NCBI GenBank assembly: GCA_013239625.1
Contig: MU056000.1
Span: forward strand, 9,048,970-9,112,969
Direction of reading: 5' to 3'
DNA: 64,000 nucleotides
Source: Lama guanicoe
Lineage: Eukaryota
The notes beneath the pieces were generated by a model that saw only the letters and a list, made by a program, of their open reading frames with translations, was not told where the DNA came from and did not search any database. A program made the translations under genes and the position numbers. Below, piece by piece: positions 1 through 12,853 of this stretch; within the stretch, counting starts at the first letter, position 1; every line of letters begins with the position of its first letter.

Positions 1-175
1 CTTTCCATATCTTTAAGTCATCTTTAATTTCCTTAATCAATATTCTGTAGTTCTCCATGTATAAGTTTTTAACCTCCTTGGTCAGATTTATTCCTAGGTA
101 TCTTATTGTTTTGGATGTGATTTTAAAAGGGATTGTTTCTTTTCCTGCTATTTCATTGTTAGTGTAAAGAAATGA
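1..175 (-). mobile_element. L1 ORF2 fragment, truncated by window edge
   Basis: Antisense L1 ORF2 motifs such as CCTCCTTGGTCAGATTTATTCCTAGGTATCTTATT and TTCATTGTTAGTGTAAAGAAATG. Confidence 0.8.
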
Positions 176-1559
176 AAATTATAGAGTAATACTTGGTATC
201 AAACTAAAATGCACCATCCCACTGGTGCTATCTCAGTAGCCTATTCTTCAACTTTTCCTGAAAAAGACCCTTAAAATGTGCTACTCATGACACTGAGATG
301 AAAAAAATATATATCAATGTTATTTTATTATTTAATAGTTAAGAAGTCTTTGTACATTTAAAGTATAAAGCCAGCACATTAAAATACTTGATTTTTTTCA
401 TTGAATAAATGCCTCTTGAAAGAAAAAAAAAGAATTTAATGGTAATAGTGATACTCAAAAGCAAGGCAACTGTGTTTTTAAACAGGACAGAAATGCAAAA
501 ATGTAAGAAAGGGTTGAGGCTGTTGGATTATTGGCCTGGAATAAAGTAAGGAAAGGTGAGTTTTTCTCTCTTCAGGAGTTTGATACTAAATGTTTTTGAT
601 GTGAAATTTGAGATTTCAGCCAAAGTGAATGAGAGAAGAGGTGGCTGTCTAATTCATGAAAAAGTTTGACCAAGTTGTCTCCTGCTGTTGCCTGGGGACC
701 TGGCTTCACGAAATGTGCAGCCCAAGAAAGATGGAAGGCAGAGAACAGTCTGCTATCAGGAATTGAGTCTAACATACACAGGCCGAGTGACTGGATTTTA
801 GATGTCATGACTGAAACTCGAAGATCTAATTCTGAATTAGGGCGCTTGGATCTCCCAGTGAATCCAATGTCAGGACATCAGGCAAGAGTTAGGGAAGGAT
901 GACAAGATAAAAGAGACCAAAAGCAAGTAACTAGAAATGCACACAAGTTAAATGTGTAAGCTAGAATGGCATGAAGAAATATAAGAATCAGAAATTAGAT
1001 TCACTCTGGAATATATGCAAACATTCTCAGATATACAGAGACACAAGGAGTATACACACCCACAGTCACATCCTCACACAATGAAATATTAAAGAATAGA
1101 TTTTATCAAGAAGAATATGGAAGCAAGTAGAAAAAATAAGAATGAGCAAAAGAATTCCCCAATGCATGACAAAGTAATAAATTATTGACCTTGAAACATA
1201 TATTTTTCAATAATTTTAAAAGAAAACTGACATTGTAGATTTCATTAAAAAGATATATTCAGGCTGTGGGTCTGAGGTTTTGTGGTGTTAGTCAAAGTAA
1301 ATGAAAATACGTAAACAGGAAAAGGGTAGAGATTTAGAAATACTTTAAACTTTTAGAAAGTATCCTAAAATATGAATTTTAAAAATGGAATGTAGACATA
1401 CAGGGATAAAATATGTTGTATTGCCCCTAAAACAGCAGAGGCGATGCTTTAGGGGAGAAGATTATAGAAAGAAAGGTAACTTTGAGAAACTATGCAGTGA
1501 AAGAAAAAAGGAGAACATGGAAAACCGTGGAGGGTAACAAAAAAAAAGTCCCCATACTT

Positions 1560-2110
1560 TACTACACTGACAGCTCACGCTAAAGAGAAATCCAATAAAT
1601 GAGCTGAAAGTATCTCCCCATAAACATCTTTCTAATTATGAAGGGAAAGATAGTAATTTACAGTGAAGAAAACTGACAGACACTTCTTCAACCAAGTGAT
1701 TACAGTTAATGTCGCCACTAATGAGGCCCATCCATATAAAGTACCCCCTAATCTAAGGCATTAAGAAGAACACAGAGTCTATTCAGTGATGTTGATGCAA
1801 AAAGTATATTACCTGAATCAAATCATGAAGGTAGATCAGAAAAATTTAACTGAAAGGGTATTTTATATAAGATAATGCTGTCCTGTCTGCAACTCTGCAA
1901 TGTGCTGCCAAATGATTCAGAAAAATATAGAAGGCAGGACAGAGAGCGAGAAAGAGAGGAACATAAGAGCATTCAAAACTTACAGCTAATACAGCAGAAT
2001 CCTTGACAGTGGGGGATGTGGGTGAAATTTACATGTGCGAGAATTTTGTACTATTCTTGTAACTATCCTTTAAGCTTGAAATTTCATCAAAATAATTGTT
2101 TTACTTTAAA
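1560..2110 (+). mobile_element. Old L1 (L1MC/ME-like) 3' UTR fragment
   Basis: AATTATGAAGGGAAAGATAGTAATTTACAGTGAAGAAAACTGACAGACAC ... TTTGTACTATTCTTGTAACT ... AAGCTTGAAATT; resembles old L1M 3' UTRs from memory. Confidence 0.6.
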
Positions 2111-4370
2111 AGAACAGTGTACAAGTGATGCTAGAAGTGTATCAAAAATTATAAAATTTTAAAAACCGTAGAGTAAAATATTAAGACTGGAATTTAGTAA
2201 GGTTCCTTAATGAACTATTTTGAGGTAAAAATTAAAATAAAATGACAAGGAATGTAATAACTAAAGAATGAAAAGTATAAATTAAATAAAACACAAAACA
2301 AAAACAAACAAACAAAAGAATGGAAAGTAAAAAAATGAAAAGAGGAAGTAATGCCACAAGAATGTAAAATAACTATGGACTTGTAGGCATTAATATATAC
2401 TCAAAAAGTAAATTGAAAGTACTAGAAGAATAATTCTATACACTATGTTATTGGTAGAATGAATGTATTTAGATCTTTTTGAACCAGACAATTAGAAAAT
2501 AAACCTTTTTTTTCCAAACATGAAGTGAATATTAAAAAAAACTGTTCATTAAGTCACAAAAATGTGTGATAAATTAAAAAATGTAAATATAACACTGATT
2601 ACAATTATATTTTCTAATCAAAATGAAATTAGTTTAAATATTGATGATCAAAATTAGAAAAGTCCTAGTATGTTTAGAGATTTAAACTTACAATCTTAAA
2701 GACATTATTTTATGAATTTACTCTGTATTCCCATTAAGGTTATTCAAATAATTTACAAAAATAAAATATTATAAGCCCCCCTCATTTATAAATTTAAGCA
2801 TAAATATTTTGAGTTAATTATAAACTTGCCAGTTTGGAAAATAACATACATAGTTAGTACTTTAAAATCCATCACTAATATCCGGTTTCTGGTCCAACAT
2901 GTAAAGTTACCACTCCCATCCTCACAACAAGGAAAAAGTTGAAAAACCTGAAAATCAACAACTCTTCTTAAATGATCAGAGAATTTAAGTCATAGGGCAA
3001 ATCTTGTAAACTGAAGATACAGGCAGAAAAAGAGAAGGATTGTTTACTGGGAGAAGAAGCCATCACTAGAGCCAAGACTGAGTAGCAATATTCAAAGGAT
3101 AATTGATTAATTGCTGTAGGATAAACATGAGCAAGCTTGAGAGGTTAAGAACTCCTGGAAGAATAACAGCCTTTTGGGGATCCCCACATTTTCATAAGCC
3201 TGACTCTTAAAACTCTTACCAGATGACAATGGTAAGAATTAGAGAAAAATCCCCTCATGCTTTCAGCAGAAAAAGAGAAAAAGTAACCATTTAGACATAT
3301 GCTTAGAGTGTTTTATGCTTCTTATCAAGGATGTGACCTCAATGGAAACTATAATACCAAATAACTGACATAAGTTAGCTCATATGCAGGGAGAGACCAC
3401 TCAATTCCAGCCCCCTTGAGTCTTTCCATCTCACAAAAGAGTTTAAAAAAATAAACAAAAACTTGAGAAGCAATTGTGAAGGTCACAAATGGTGGTACAG
3501 TGGCTCACTACAGACAGAGAACTAATCATGGGACTACATAAAGCATCTCCTGCCCTGCATTTTACCACACCATCAACAGAGATCCTGTAAAAATACAGAA
3601 TATTATGGCTGAGAAAAGGTTCTGAACCTCTATAAGAAGGAGTCATCAGGGAAACCCCAAGATTTCGGGGGAGACAAAAAGGAGAACAGAGAAATTGAAG
3701 CCTCTGATATCTACAGGTACAGTAAGTAATAAATACAGCCTAACTCCTAGCCAGATAAACATAATGCCTCACACCAAAGACCAGCTTACCTCAGTGTCTT
3801 TTCCTCAATACCTTAAGTACAGCTGTCAAAAATCAAGGCATATTCAAAGGCAGAAATTACCAAAAAATTTGAAGAGACAATACAAATAGCAGAAGCAGAC
3901 TGAGACATGGCAGAATTTTTGGAAATATCAGACCAGGAGTATAAAATATCTATGAGTGATTTACTTAGAGCACTAATGCAAAAAGTGGACAACATGCAAG
4001 AACAAATGGGTAATATAAGCAGGGAGATGGAAATGGTAAGAAATAATCTAAATAAAATGTTAGAAATAAAAACACTGTAACAGAAAGGAGAAGCAATTTC
4101 TATGGACCCATCAGTAGACTGTACACAGCTAAGAAAAGAATGCAACATTGAAAACATATTAATAGGCTGGACAAAATGGGACAGAATACCTAAGAAACTT
4201 GGGGCAAAAGGTGTGATACACAAATAATGAATATAGCAGAAGGAGAAGAAAGAAAATAAGGGAAAAACCCCAAATATTTGAAGTAATACAGACTGAGAAA
4301 TCCCCATAATTATTGGCAGGCACCAAACTATAAATCCAGGAAACTTACAGAACTCCAAGCAGAATGAATA

Positions 4371-4413
4371 ACAAAACCAAACCAAACCAAACCAAGTCAA
4401 ACCAAAACAAAAA
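4371..4413 (+). repeat. (AAACC)n-like microsatellite inside L1 ORF1
   Basis: ACAAAACCAAACCAAACCAAACCAAGTCAAACCAAAACAAAAC. Confidence 0.8.
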
Positions 4414-5024
4414 CCCAACAGCTAGGCCTATTACATACAAAATAAAGAAAATCAAAACCAAACATAAACTCTTGAAAGAAGCCAGTGGTGGAGGAAACAC
4501 CTGCCCTATAGAGGAATAAAGATAAGAATTATATCTGACTTTTCTAGAACCCATGTAAGCAAGAAAGGAATGGAGTTAAATAAATAAAGTGTTAAAATGA
4601 ATTATTTTAAAAAAACCCCTCAAAATCTAGAACTCTTAATCCAGCAAAAATATCCTCAAAAGTAAAGGAGAAATAATGACTCAAAAATAATTGAAGAAAA
4701 TTGTTGACAGTAGATCTATTTTACAAGAAATGGCCAACGGTTTTATAGAGAAAAGGAAAATGATAGAAGTCAGAAACTCAGATTCACATCAAGAAAGGAA
4801 GAGTGTTCAAGAAGGAATAAATATTTTTTTCTTTTTCTTAATATAACAGATAATTTTATTCAAAATAATAATAGCAACAATGTAAGCAATGATTACAACT
4901 TATGAATAATTGAAATAAATGATGGCAATGATATAAGGGACAGGAGGGGAGAATTAGGAACATTTTGCTATAGAGTAGTGCACTACCTGTGAGATAGCAT
5001 GGTGGTAATTAAAAGTGGACTTAA

Positions 5025-5081
5025 TTTTTTTTAACATTTTTTATTTATAATCATTTTACAATGTTGTGTCAAATACCCGTG
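5025..5081 (-). mobile_element. Very short 5'-truncated young L1 3' tail with 16 bp TSD
   Basis: Reverse complement reads ..TTTGACACAACATTGTAAAATGATTATAAATAAAAAATGTTAAAAAAAA; flanked by TTAAAAGTGGACTTAA at 5009-5024 and 5082-5097. Confidence 0.9.
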
Positions 5082-5316
5082 TTAAAAGTGGACTTAAATT
5101 AGTTGTAAATATATATTGAAAACTTTAGGGCAACTAATAAAAAAGTTTTTTTTAAAGGTATATAATTGGTATATTAATAAAAGAGAAAAAAATGCTCAAT
5201 TAAAACCACTAAAGGCAAAAAAAAGTGAAAAACAAAAAAGGAACAAAGAATAAAGATAAGTATTAGAAAACATTAATGAAAATGGTAGATATCAATCAAA
5301 CTATATCAATAATCAC

Positions 5317-6510
5317 ATGTGTTAGAATGGCTAAAATCTAAAATACATACAAGACTAAAGGCTGGTGAAGGTGTGGAGCGATATGAACTCTCAGTGCTGG
5401 TAGGAATTCAAAATAGTACCCACTTCACACTTTGTCACTTTGGAAGACAGTCTGGCAGTTTCTTACAAAGCCAAATCTCAATTTATCATACAATTCTCTG
5501 ATCATTTTCCTAACTATTTACCCAAATGTACTGAAAATATACGTCCACACAAAAACTTGCATATGAATATTTGTAGCATCTTTACATATAATAGTCAAAA
5601 ATTAGAAGCAACCGAGATATCCTTCAATAGGTAAGTGTATGAAAATAAAAATGAGCTATCGAGCCATGTACAGACACTGCAGAAACTTAAATGTATTTGC
5701 TGTATTAGTTTGTTAGGGCTGCTTTAACAAAGTATCACAGATTGAAAATAAATTTTTCACAACACTGAGGGCGGGAATCCAAAATTAAGGTGCCAGCAGG
5801 TTTGGTTTCTCCCCAGGTGTCTCTCCTTGGCTTGCAGACGGCTGTCTTCTCCCTGTGTCCTAACTTTCTCTCTGCTTGCACATCCTTGGTGCTTTCCCCC
5901 TTCTTATAAGGACACCAGTTGTATTGGTGTATTGATTGAGGCTGCATCCTTATGACCTCATTTAACCTTAATGCCATTTCAAAGGCCATGTCTGCTAATA
6001 CAGTCACATTGGTAGTTAAGGCTTTAGTGTAAGAAATCTGGGGGACACACATCAGTCCATACAGCTGCTGAGTGAAAGAGTCCAGGCTAAAACAGCTACA
6101 CACTGTGTGCTTCCAACTATATAATATTCTGGGAAAGGCAAAATGATGGATGCAGTAACAGGATTGGTGTTTGGTGGGTGGGTGCAGGTGGATGGAATGG
6201 GGTGAGTCTGTGGAGCACAAGTCATTGCTGACGCAGGGAAATGCTTCCCTATCAATCTGTGCAGGTACATACATGATATTATACGTTTGTCAGTGTCTAC
6301 AGAATTTACAGCGCCAAGGAGGAACTGCAATGTAAACTCTGGACCTCAGCTAATAATACTGTATCTGTATTGGTTCCTCAGTGGTTGCAAACGTATCACA
6401 TAATGCAGTGTTAATTACAGAAGAAACTACATGGAGGGTAGGAACTCTGGGTACATCTGTGTAATATTTCTGTAAACCTAAACCTGAACAAATTAAACAT
6501 ACTAGTGGAA
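5317..6510 (+). mobile_element. L1MC-like ORF2 end and 3' UTR, interrupted by an MLT1 LTR
   Basis: TTAGAATGGCTAAAATC..GGAAGACAGTCTGGCAGTTTCTTACAAA; resumes after the LTR with AGTGAAAG..CCAACTATATAATATTCTGGGAAAGGCAAAA. Confidence 0.75.
5701..6063 (-). mobile_element. MaLR MLT1-type solo LTR
   Basis: TGTATTAGTTTGTTAGGGCTGCT..CTTATAAGGACACCAGT..TTATGACCTCATTTAACCTTAAT..GGGGACACACATCAGTCCATACA. Confidence 0.85.
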
Positions 6511-7084
6511 AAAAAATTACTGAAAATGAAATTTTTATGTGAGAAATTCAAGAACGTTCACTTTAAAATAGTTTAAATGAGGAAATGCTTTGATAGTCTC
6601 ATCCTACATGTAAAACAAATTGTAAGAAGTAACTAATAATTCATGATGAAGTTTTAACTGCAAACAGAAAAGAAATATTATTAACCCAATAATCATTTTC
6701 TATGTACAACCCTTACCAAACACCATCCATTTTGCTGAATATTTCACGTCATTCCTGTCGGATCCATAAACCATCATTTGCCCACTCTGACCACTTCTAT
6801 TCATCATTATACTGGAGGTGACAATCAATGCAATGAGTTTAGAGTTTTCAAATAAAAATGGAATTTGTTAAGAAAATTTATGATTCAAGAAAATACTGTC
6901 TACCTACTAAACACTGGTGGGCATACAAACTATAAGAAATAGCAAAATGATCAGCATTAAAATTAAAAAAAAAGTCAATAGCATTATTGGATATCAATAA
7001 GAAAACATAGGAGAAAAATATAATAGATGCTAGGAAAGGAAATAGGTAACCAATTTAACAAAAAAATATCTTCAGGGTTCTTGC

Positions 7085-7236
7085 TACATGCACACACACA
7101 CGTAACTATGAGGTGATGGATGGATGTTTAACTTGATTGTGGTAATTACTTCATGATGTGTATGCATATCAAAACATCTCATTGTACATTTTAATTACAT
7201 ACAAATTTTAGTTGTCAGTTATACCTCAATAAAGCT
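7085..7236 (+). mobile_element. L1MA-like extreme 3' end
   Basis: GTAACTATGAGGTGATGGAT..TTGATTGTGGTAAT..TGTCAGTTATACCTCAATAAAGC. Confidence 0.75.
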
Positions 7237-8951
7237 TTTTATAAAGTCCCACTGAATGCCTAAATGGTATCTCTTGAGTGACATTTGGAAGAAACTGACT
7301 AACATCCCAATGGTGGAGCTCACGGACTTTTGAAGGTCAAAGCAAGACTCCTACTATTCTAGTAAATGAATGCAATGGGATAGATTTTGATGCTTCTATG
7401 TGTATTTGTGTGGTGTGTGTGTGCACGTGTGTAATTTTTAAACAGAAAATGTATCAGTAGTATTGGAATCTAAATTTAACACAATTTGAAAATAATTACA
7501 TTGGATGATTTCAATTTCAATTTGTTTTCTCTACATACAGAATCTGGTATAATATGTTTTGCACAGAACAAGAATAGGTAACGAGAAAGTATGACTTTGT
7601 GAATATTTGTTTTCATTTACTTTCTCTTTATATTAAGTTAAATAAGAGACGTTAAGAAATATACAGAAAGAAAATTAATTTAGTGGCCTTCTTCTAATTT
7701 TTCTACTTTTAGTTCTTAATTTAGGGCCAATTTATAAAATTATACTATGTCTCCCAGTGCTTTGTGTGTTCTCAAAGAGAACTAAAAGGTTCTATCCAAA
7801 TTTAAGGGATTTTAGATATGATTTTAAGAAAGTAGCCTTATTGTTCGTCTCCATGTTTATTCACATACATACGCTTTTGCATTGCCTTCAGTTACTCCAT
7901 TTCAGGGTTATGGGGGAAAATGAAAAGAAATCACGGTTTAATTTTTACCACCTTGAAGTTACGTTGTCCCTGGGCATTTTGATAATGATCCTCAAAGAGA
8001 GTTTCAAGATTACACCATTTATTTTTATATTTTCTGGGAAAAATAAGAATGTGTCTACTTTAGCCCACTGTTCATGAATTTCTCTACGTCTATTTGCTAA
8101 AATCTCAAACACAGTAAAACAAAATTGACCTATTTCTCTAACTTTTATTACTCCTTGCCTCCGAAAGACACAGCAATAACAAGCTATGTATGTGCCTGGG
8201 GAATGTGAAAATGTGTCAGTGATCAGCCTTCCATTGTCTTTTTTTTGACTAAGCTGAAATCCAAATGGGAAGAGAGCACATTATATTACCCTATAATTTA
8301 ACATGACAAAGGCAAAAGATCTGAAACTGGAAATGCGAACATTGATTGACCTTTAAATATAATTCTCCCGCTATGTTTCTATCCATAAGGCTCATACTGA
8401 CAGGATAGATCCTGAAACACTATCAGCTTAACATGCTGGAGTTAAGATATGATAAATACCATTTTATGAAACTGTAAATATAACACTCAACTTGGTTAAA
8501 GACGTGATTCATGAGTCACAGTTTAATTATTTCCACCTTTATTGTTTAATCAATATCCGCTTCACCTATTATCGCTGGAGGCAGAGATAAAACCAACACA
8601 TTAAAACATTACTGTGATATTGGAATGTATTTATTGAGAATTATTTCAATAAACTTTCAATAGCTTATCTCTTTTCTACATTTGTTAAAATGCTGTCAGA
8701 GGATTACACTTTTGGCTGAGTGAAACATAACAAGAAATCTATTTTTGGGTGTGAGATGATACTTATTTTTGAAAGGGGCTATTTAGGATCAGGCTATCAG
8801 GTAAAATTTGCCTTTATTTACCTGGATAGCATTACATTCATTTGGAAGGCAATTCTCATTTTTAAGGATATACCTCATAAAAAAGTAAAAGGCATTTAAC
8901 TATGATGAAAGACTAGACTATTTTCTCATGAGAGTCCATGTAGTTTCAGAT

Positions 8952-9031
8952 TGAATTTTAAGATAATCAAATCTCTGAATGTGCTTTAACATGAATTTTA
9001 AGGTAATCAAATCTCTGAATGTGCTTTAACA
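8952..9031. repeat. 40 bp tandem duplication, 2 copies, 1 mismatch
   Basis: TGAATTTTAAG(A/G)TAATCAAATCTCTGAATGTGCTTTAACA twice. Confidence 0.95.
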
Positions 9032-9739
9032 GCTGATCGGTGAAGCACTGCAGGATCTCAGGTGTATTTCAAGAAGAACTTTGAACCCAACAAGCTACTA
9101 AGTATCCTCATCAGTAGCATTTCCTCTAAAGAATCCCAAGGCATATTATACCATCGGAGTATAAATGCTTAAAGCAGAGCTTGTCACACATTTGACTAAA
9201 GAAGAAGTTCTAAGTCTTTCTGAATTTACAGCAAAGCTTGTCACATGGCAGCACCATTCACTTTTAGTGAGTCTCTCACATCTCTGAATTCTGTCTTTGA
9301 TACTGTTTATTTTGATCTTGCCTTTTGTCTTCTGTTGAGCATCTCCATTCTTTGTCCTGATGGCTTCCTTCTGTTATCATCTGTCAGGAGGATGGGAAAT
9401 GGTATTTCAGCGCAAGGCACTGAGGGGATGTATAATTCATTTAGAAAGTCTTGATGTCAGAAGTACTTTAAGAATCACATTAAATGATTTACCCAAGCAA
9501 AATCTGAGCCAAAACAGGATGCCCTTTAAGATAAAATGGCTGGCTATGACCATTATCTATGGGGCAAACATCGTACATTTAATATAATTATAAAAATTAT
9601 AGAGATAAAATTTATTAAATTTAAATACTTTCTTAGATTTCAATTTTGATAATAAAATCATTACAATACAATATTTCTAAGAAGAAATACCAAATCTAAA
9701 TCAAAAATAATAGTTTTCTTCTTAATTTTTATATTCTGT

Positions 9740-10565
9740 TTCCTTCCTCCCTTCCCTCCTTTCTCATTCCTTCCTTCCTTCCTTTTTTTCTCTTCTTTCA
9801 TCCAAAATTTATTGAATGCTTACTGCATGCCAGATACTGTTTTAGATACATAAGTAAATAATAATTCTAGCCATAATTATAATAATAAAAGATCTCTGCC
9901 AAGTGTAGCTTATATGCAGTTTGGAGTAGTCAGAAAAAAATCTATAATAAATTTTAAATGGCATGATATATTAGAAGATGTTATATGCTACTGAAAAATT
10001 GGAAAATTTAAAAGGACTATCAATTATTTATAGTCAGAGTAAATATTTTTGAAATGTGAAAATAATCCAAGAATAGTAGAACAGGATAGATATAATTGTA
10101 TGATCATCTCCCATAGACAGAAAAAAATATTTTACCACAATTCAATGTCTTTTAAATATATAATGAAAATAATTCTCTTCGTAAAGTAGAGAGAGACCTG
10201 TTTAGAGATTTTATGAAATGGTCAAGGGACAGTGAGTAATTTATTTATTTTGATGATACTGGAATTCAGGGAAACACCTGATTAGTCTATAAATTTTGAA
10301 AACATCAGCAGTGAGATGATACTTAAAATCATGAGACTGGATGAGTTCACGTAGGAAGTGAGCATAGACAAGAGATTTTGAAGACAGATCTTGTGAGGTT
10401 GAAAAGATAAGGAGAAAAATGTCAAAGTAGGCTAACAAGGCTAGTTAAATTGGAGAAAAAAAACCAAGGAGAGTGTGTTTACTACTGTCCAATGAAACAA
10501 TGGTTAAGTTGAGAAAAAGCTTTGTTAAATGATGTTGGCAAATCATGTAATATCATACTGAGAAA
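9740..10565 (-). mobile_element. L2 fragments with (CCTT)n-derived tail
   Basis: (CCTT)n then ATTTATTGAATGCTTACTGCATGCCAGATACTGT; later CATCAGCAGTGAGATGATACTTAAAATCATGAGACTGGATGAG. A short L1-like piece lies near 10090-10190. Confidence 0.65.
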
Positions 10566-11095
10566 TAAATTAAAAATAAATTGGAAGAAGATAAAATATA
10601 AAACATTGCATAATTTATTTGAAAATCACGCTAAGAACTTATATTCCTCCTCACATGGTCACCTCTCATAGATGGAGAAAGTAAGTTTCCATAATTCAAT
10701 ACCCATTAAAGATAGAAAGGGTCAGTTACACCAAGGTATATAGTAATCTTTTATTTTCCTATTGTTTCAATACCATGAAGACACCAAATTGGCCAGCTGT
10801 CACACTAAATTTATGGAATCATTGTGAACTTTGAAAGAAAAATATCAAAACCAATCAAATGGTGGGTAGGTAAGGACAATTTTTAAATGAGGGTATTTTT
10901 AGGCTTACTAATAAGAGGATCCATTCACACTTGGGACTCTTCATTTTTATTATACTTCACATTTTTATTGTTAATCTGACTGATTTTCTGGGTTTATGAA
11001 GCCATGAAGATGAGTTTCTGCTATTTTCAATGCCTAGAAAAGTAGTGAGGATAACTCAGAACATTCCAAACTTAGATTTTCTCCAAATTTGCCTG

Positions 11096-11139
11096 TATAT
11101 TGTTGGCTACTATAATTTTATATTGTTGGCTACTATAAT
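11096..11139. repeat. 21 bp direct repeat, period 23
   Basis: TATATTGTTGGCTACTATAAT at 11096-11116 and 11119-11139. Confidence 0.9.
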
Positions 11140-11835
11140 GTTTAGCATCATCCTTTATTATAAAATAATGGTTTGGCATCCCATTCAAATATAGCTTTGC
11201 TATTCTCTGACAATATACTCTTCAAATTACTGAGTTTTAATTAGATTAGTAGCCTAAAATGAGAATTTTGATTCCTATAAAAATTTCCTACACGTATCTA
11301 ATAGGGTATTCTGACTAAAACGGCAGGATTAGAAAAAATAATTTAATATTGAAATTTTTTGACTCTACCTTCACTTTTAAATTTGCATTTATACAATATA
11401 AACTAGTTTTTTGTTTGCGTCAAATTGATTCTTGGTGGTGTAGCCAACATTTTCTCAGTATACTTTCTCATAACAATCATTAAACCCTTCAAAGGAGAAT
11501 TTATTTTTTATTTCACATTTGCTGTGTTTTCAAAATGTAAGATCTGGTTTTATTAGTAAACATTTCATTTAAAGCAGTGTATTTTAATAAATTATCCCTC
11601 TGTTCTTTCCTTTTAGTGCATGATTGCATAAAATATACATTAAGATGTGGTCTCTAATTTTTATACCCATTGAAACAGGAGTATTTGCCATTTTTAAGAA
11701 GGTAAAATTTGTAACAATCATCTATTTTAATATTTCCACGTAGCTTCAAGTTTGGAAAGTGAAGATTTTAATCATGTTTTTATGGATTTTTACAAGCTGC
11801 CCGTTCTTTCTCAGTTTGCTTTTTGACAGTTACTA

Positions 11836-12142
11836 TGTTGCCCCAAAACTGGCTTCTGTATCCTGAAAGCCAGATTGAGACTCAGAGGTAGAGTTTTGGG
11901 AGAAAAAGAACAGCTTTACTGCTTTGCCAGACAAAGGGGAGTTAATGTCTTAAAGACTGTGAATCTGTCTGGGGGTGTGGTCTTGAGGTTTTATAGAAAA
12001 ACTGGATGGATCCAAAAAGGTGATAAAAGTCAGTGCATTTTACAGGATGCTAGTACATTCCTCTTAACCTCCCCGTCTCAGGGAACTGCAGAGGGTCTGT
12101 GCCTTCTCCTGAGATTTGTCAGCCTGCTCCTCCAAACAGACA
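11836..12142 (-). mobile_element. ERV LTR, short or internally deleted copy; left half of head-to-head pair
   Basis: TG..CA ends; 11836-12125 is the reverse complement homologue of 12357-12657; TATA-like TTTTATA at 11989-11995. Confidence 0.8.
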
Positions 12143-12657
12143 TGTGAGTTTAATTGTTTGGACCCCGTATTGAGGTTTTGAAGGAGTAAGAAAGGAACTA
12201 AATCTCCCTGATGCTAAAACAGCTTGCTGATTCTGACTGAGCAATCCTGCATTTGCTTCCTCTCCCTTACTGCTTTTGTGCTAAGCAACCCCAAACTTCT
12301 CCCTCGTTCTTTATAATAGCTTTAACCCAGAGGCTGCGCTCCAGGAAGAAGGTACTGGGCTGATAATCTCAGAAGAATGGACAGACCCTCTGCGGTTCCC
12401 CATGACTCCAAGGTTAAGGGGAATGTAGCAGCGGCTTGTAAAGCTCCCTGACTGTTACCAACGTTTCTGTTCCATCCAGTTTTTCTATAAAACCTCACGA
12501 CCCCACCCCCAAGATGGATTCACAGTCTCCAAGACATGAGCCTTCTATGACTCCTCTTTGCCTGGCAAAGCGATAAAGCTGTTCTTTTTTCTCCCAAAAC
12601 TCTGCCTCCGAGTCTCAGTCTGGCTTTTGGGGTGCAGAGGCCAGTTTTGCAGCAACA
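12143..12657 (+). mobile_element. ERV solo LTR (ERV1-like); right half of head-to-head pair
   Basis: Starts TGTGAG, ends GCAACA; TATAAAA at 12486-12492; degenerate polyA signal GATAAA followed by T/GT-rich U5. Confidence 0.8.
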
Positions 12658-12659
12658 GT

Positions 12660-12775
12660 TTCGCAGTATACAAATGGACATCAATACCTCACAAGAGAGC
12701 TGTACACATTTGTGGGGGAGAAAGTACGTTGAGAACTTGGCACAGTACGTGGCAACAATAATCACTTGCTGAATA
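12660..12775 (+). mobile_element. Degenerate MIR 3' fragment
   Basis: AAATGGACATCAATACCTCACAAG..GAACTTGGCACAGTACGTGGCAACAATAA resembles the MIR tail. Confidence 0.4.
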
Positions 12776-12853
12776 ATGGCGATTTTTAAACGAACATTTA
12801 AAGTTTTAATTGAAGGATTTACACTGATTATTACATCTTTTGAAGTTTGTAAT

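Larger units (their letters stand above)
2880..5316 (+). mobile_element. Old L1 5' UTR, decayed ORF1 and inter-ORF region
   Basis: Starts near CCGGTTTCTGGTCCAACATG; A-rich ORF1 remnants (AACATGCAAGAACAAATGGGTAAT; ATAAGAATTATATCTGACTTTTC); ends at ORF2-start-like ATATCAATAATCAC. Many stops and frameshifts. Confidence 0.75.

Noticed and set aside
3813..4418. 201 aa hydrophobic minus-strand ORF
   Set aside because: Antisense of A-rich decayed L1 ORF1 plus an (AAACC)n tract; the hydrophobicity is a compositional artefact
5735..6274. 179 aa minus-strand ORF
   Set aside because: Spans an L1 3' UTR and an MLT1 LTR; chance frame
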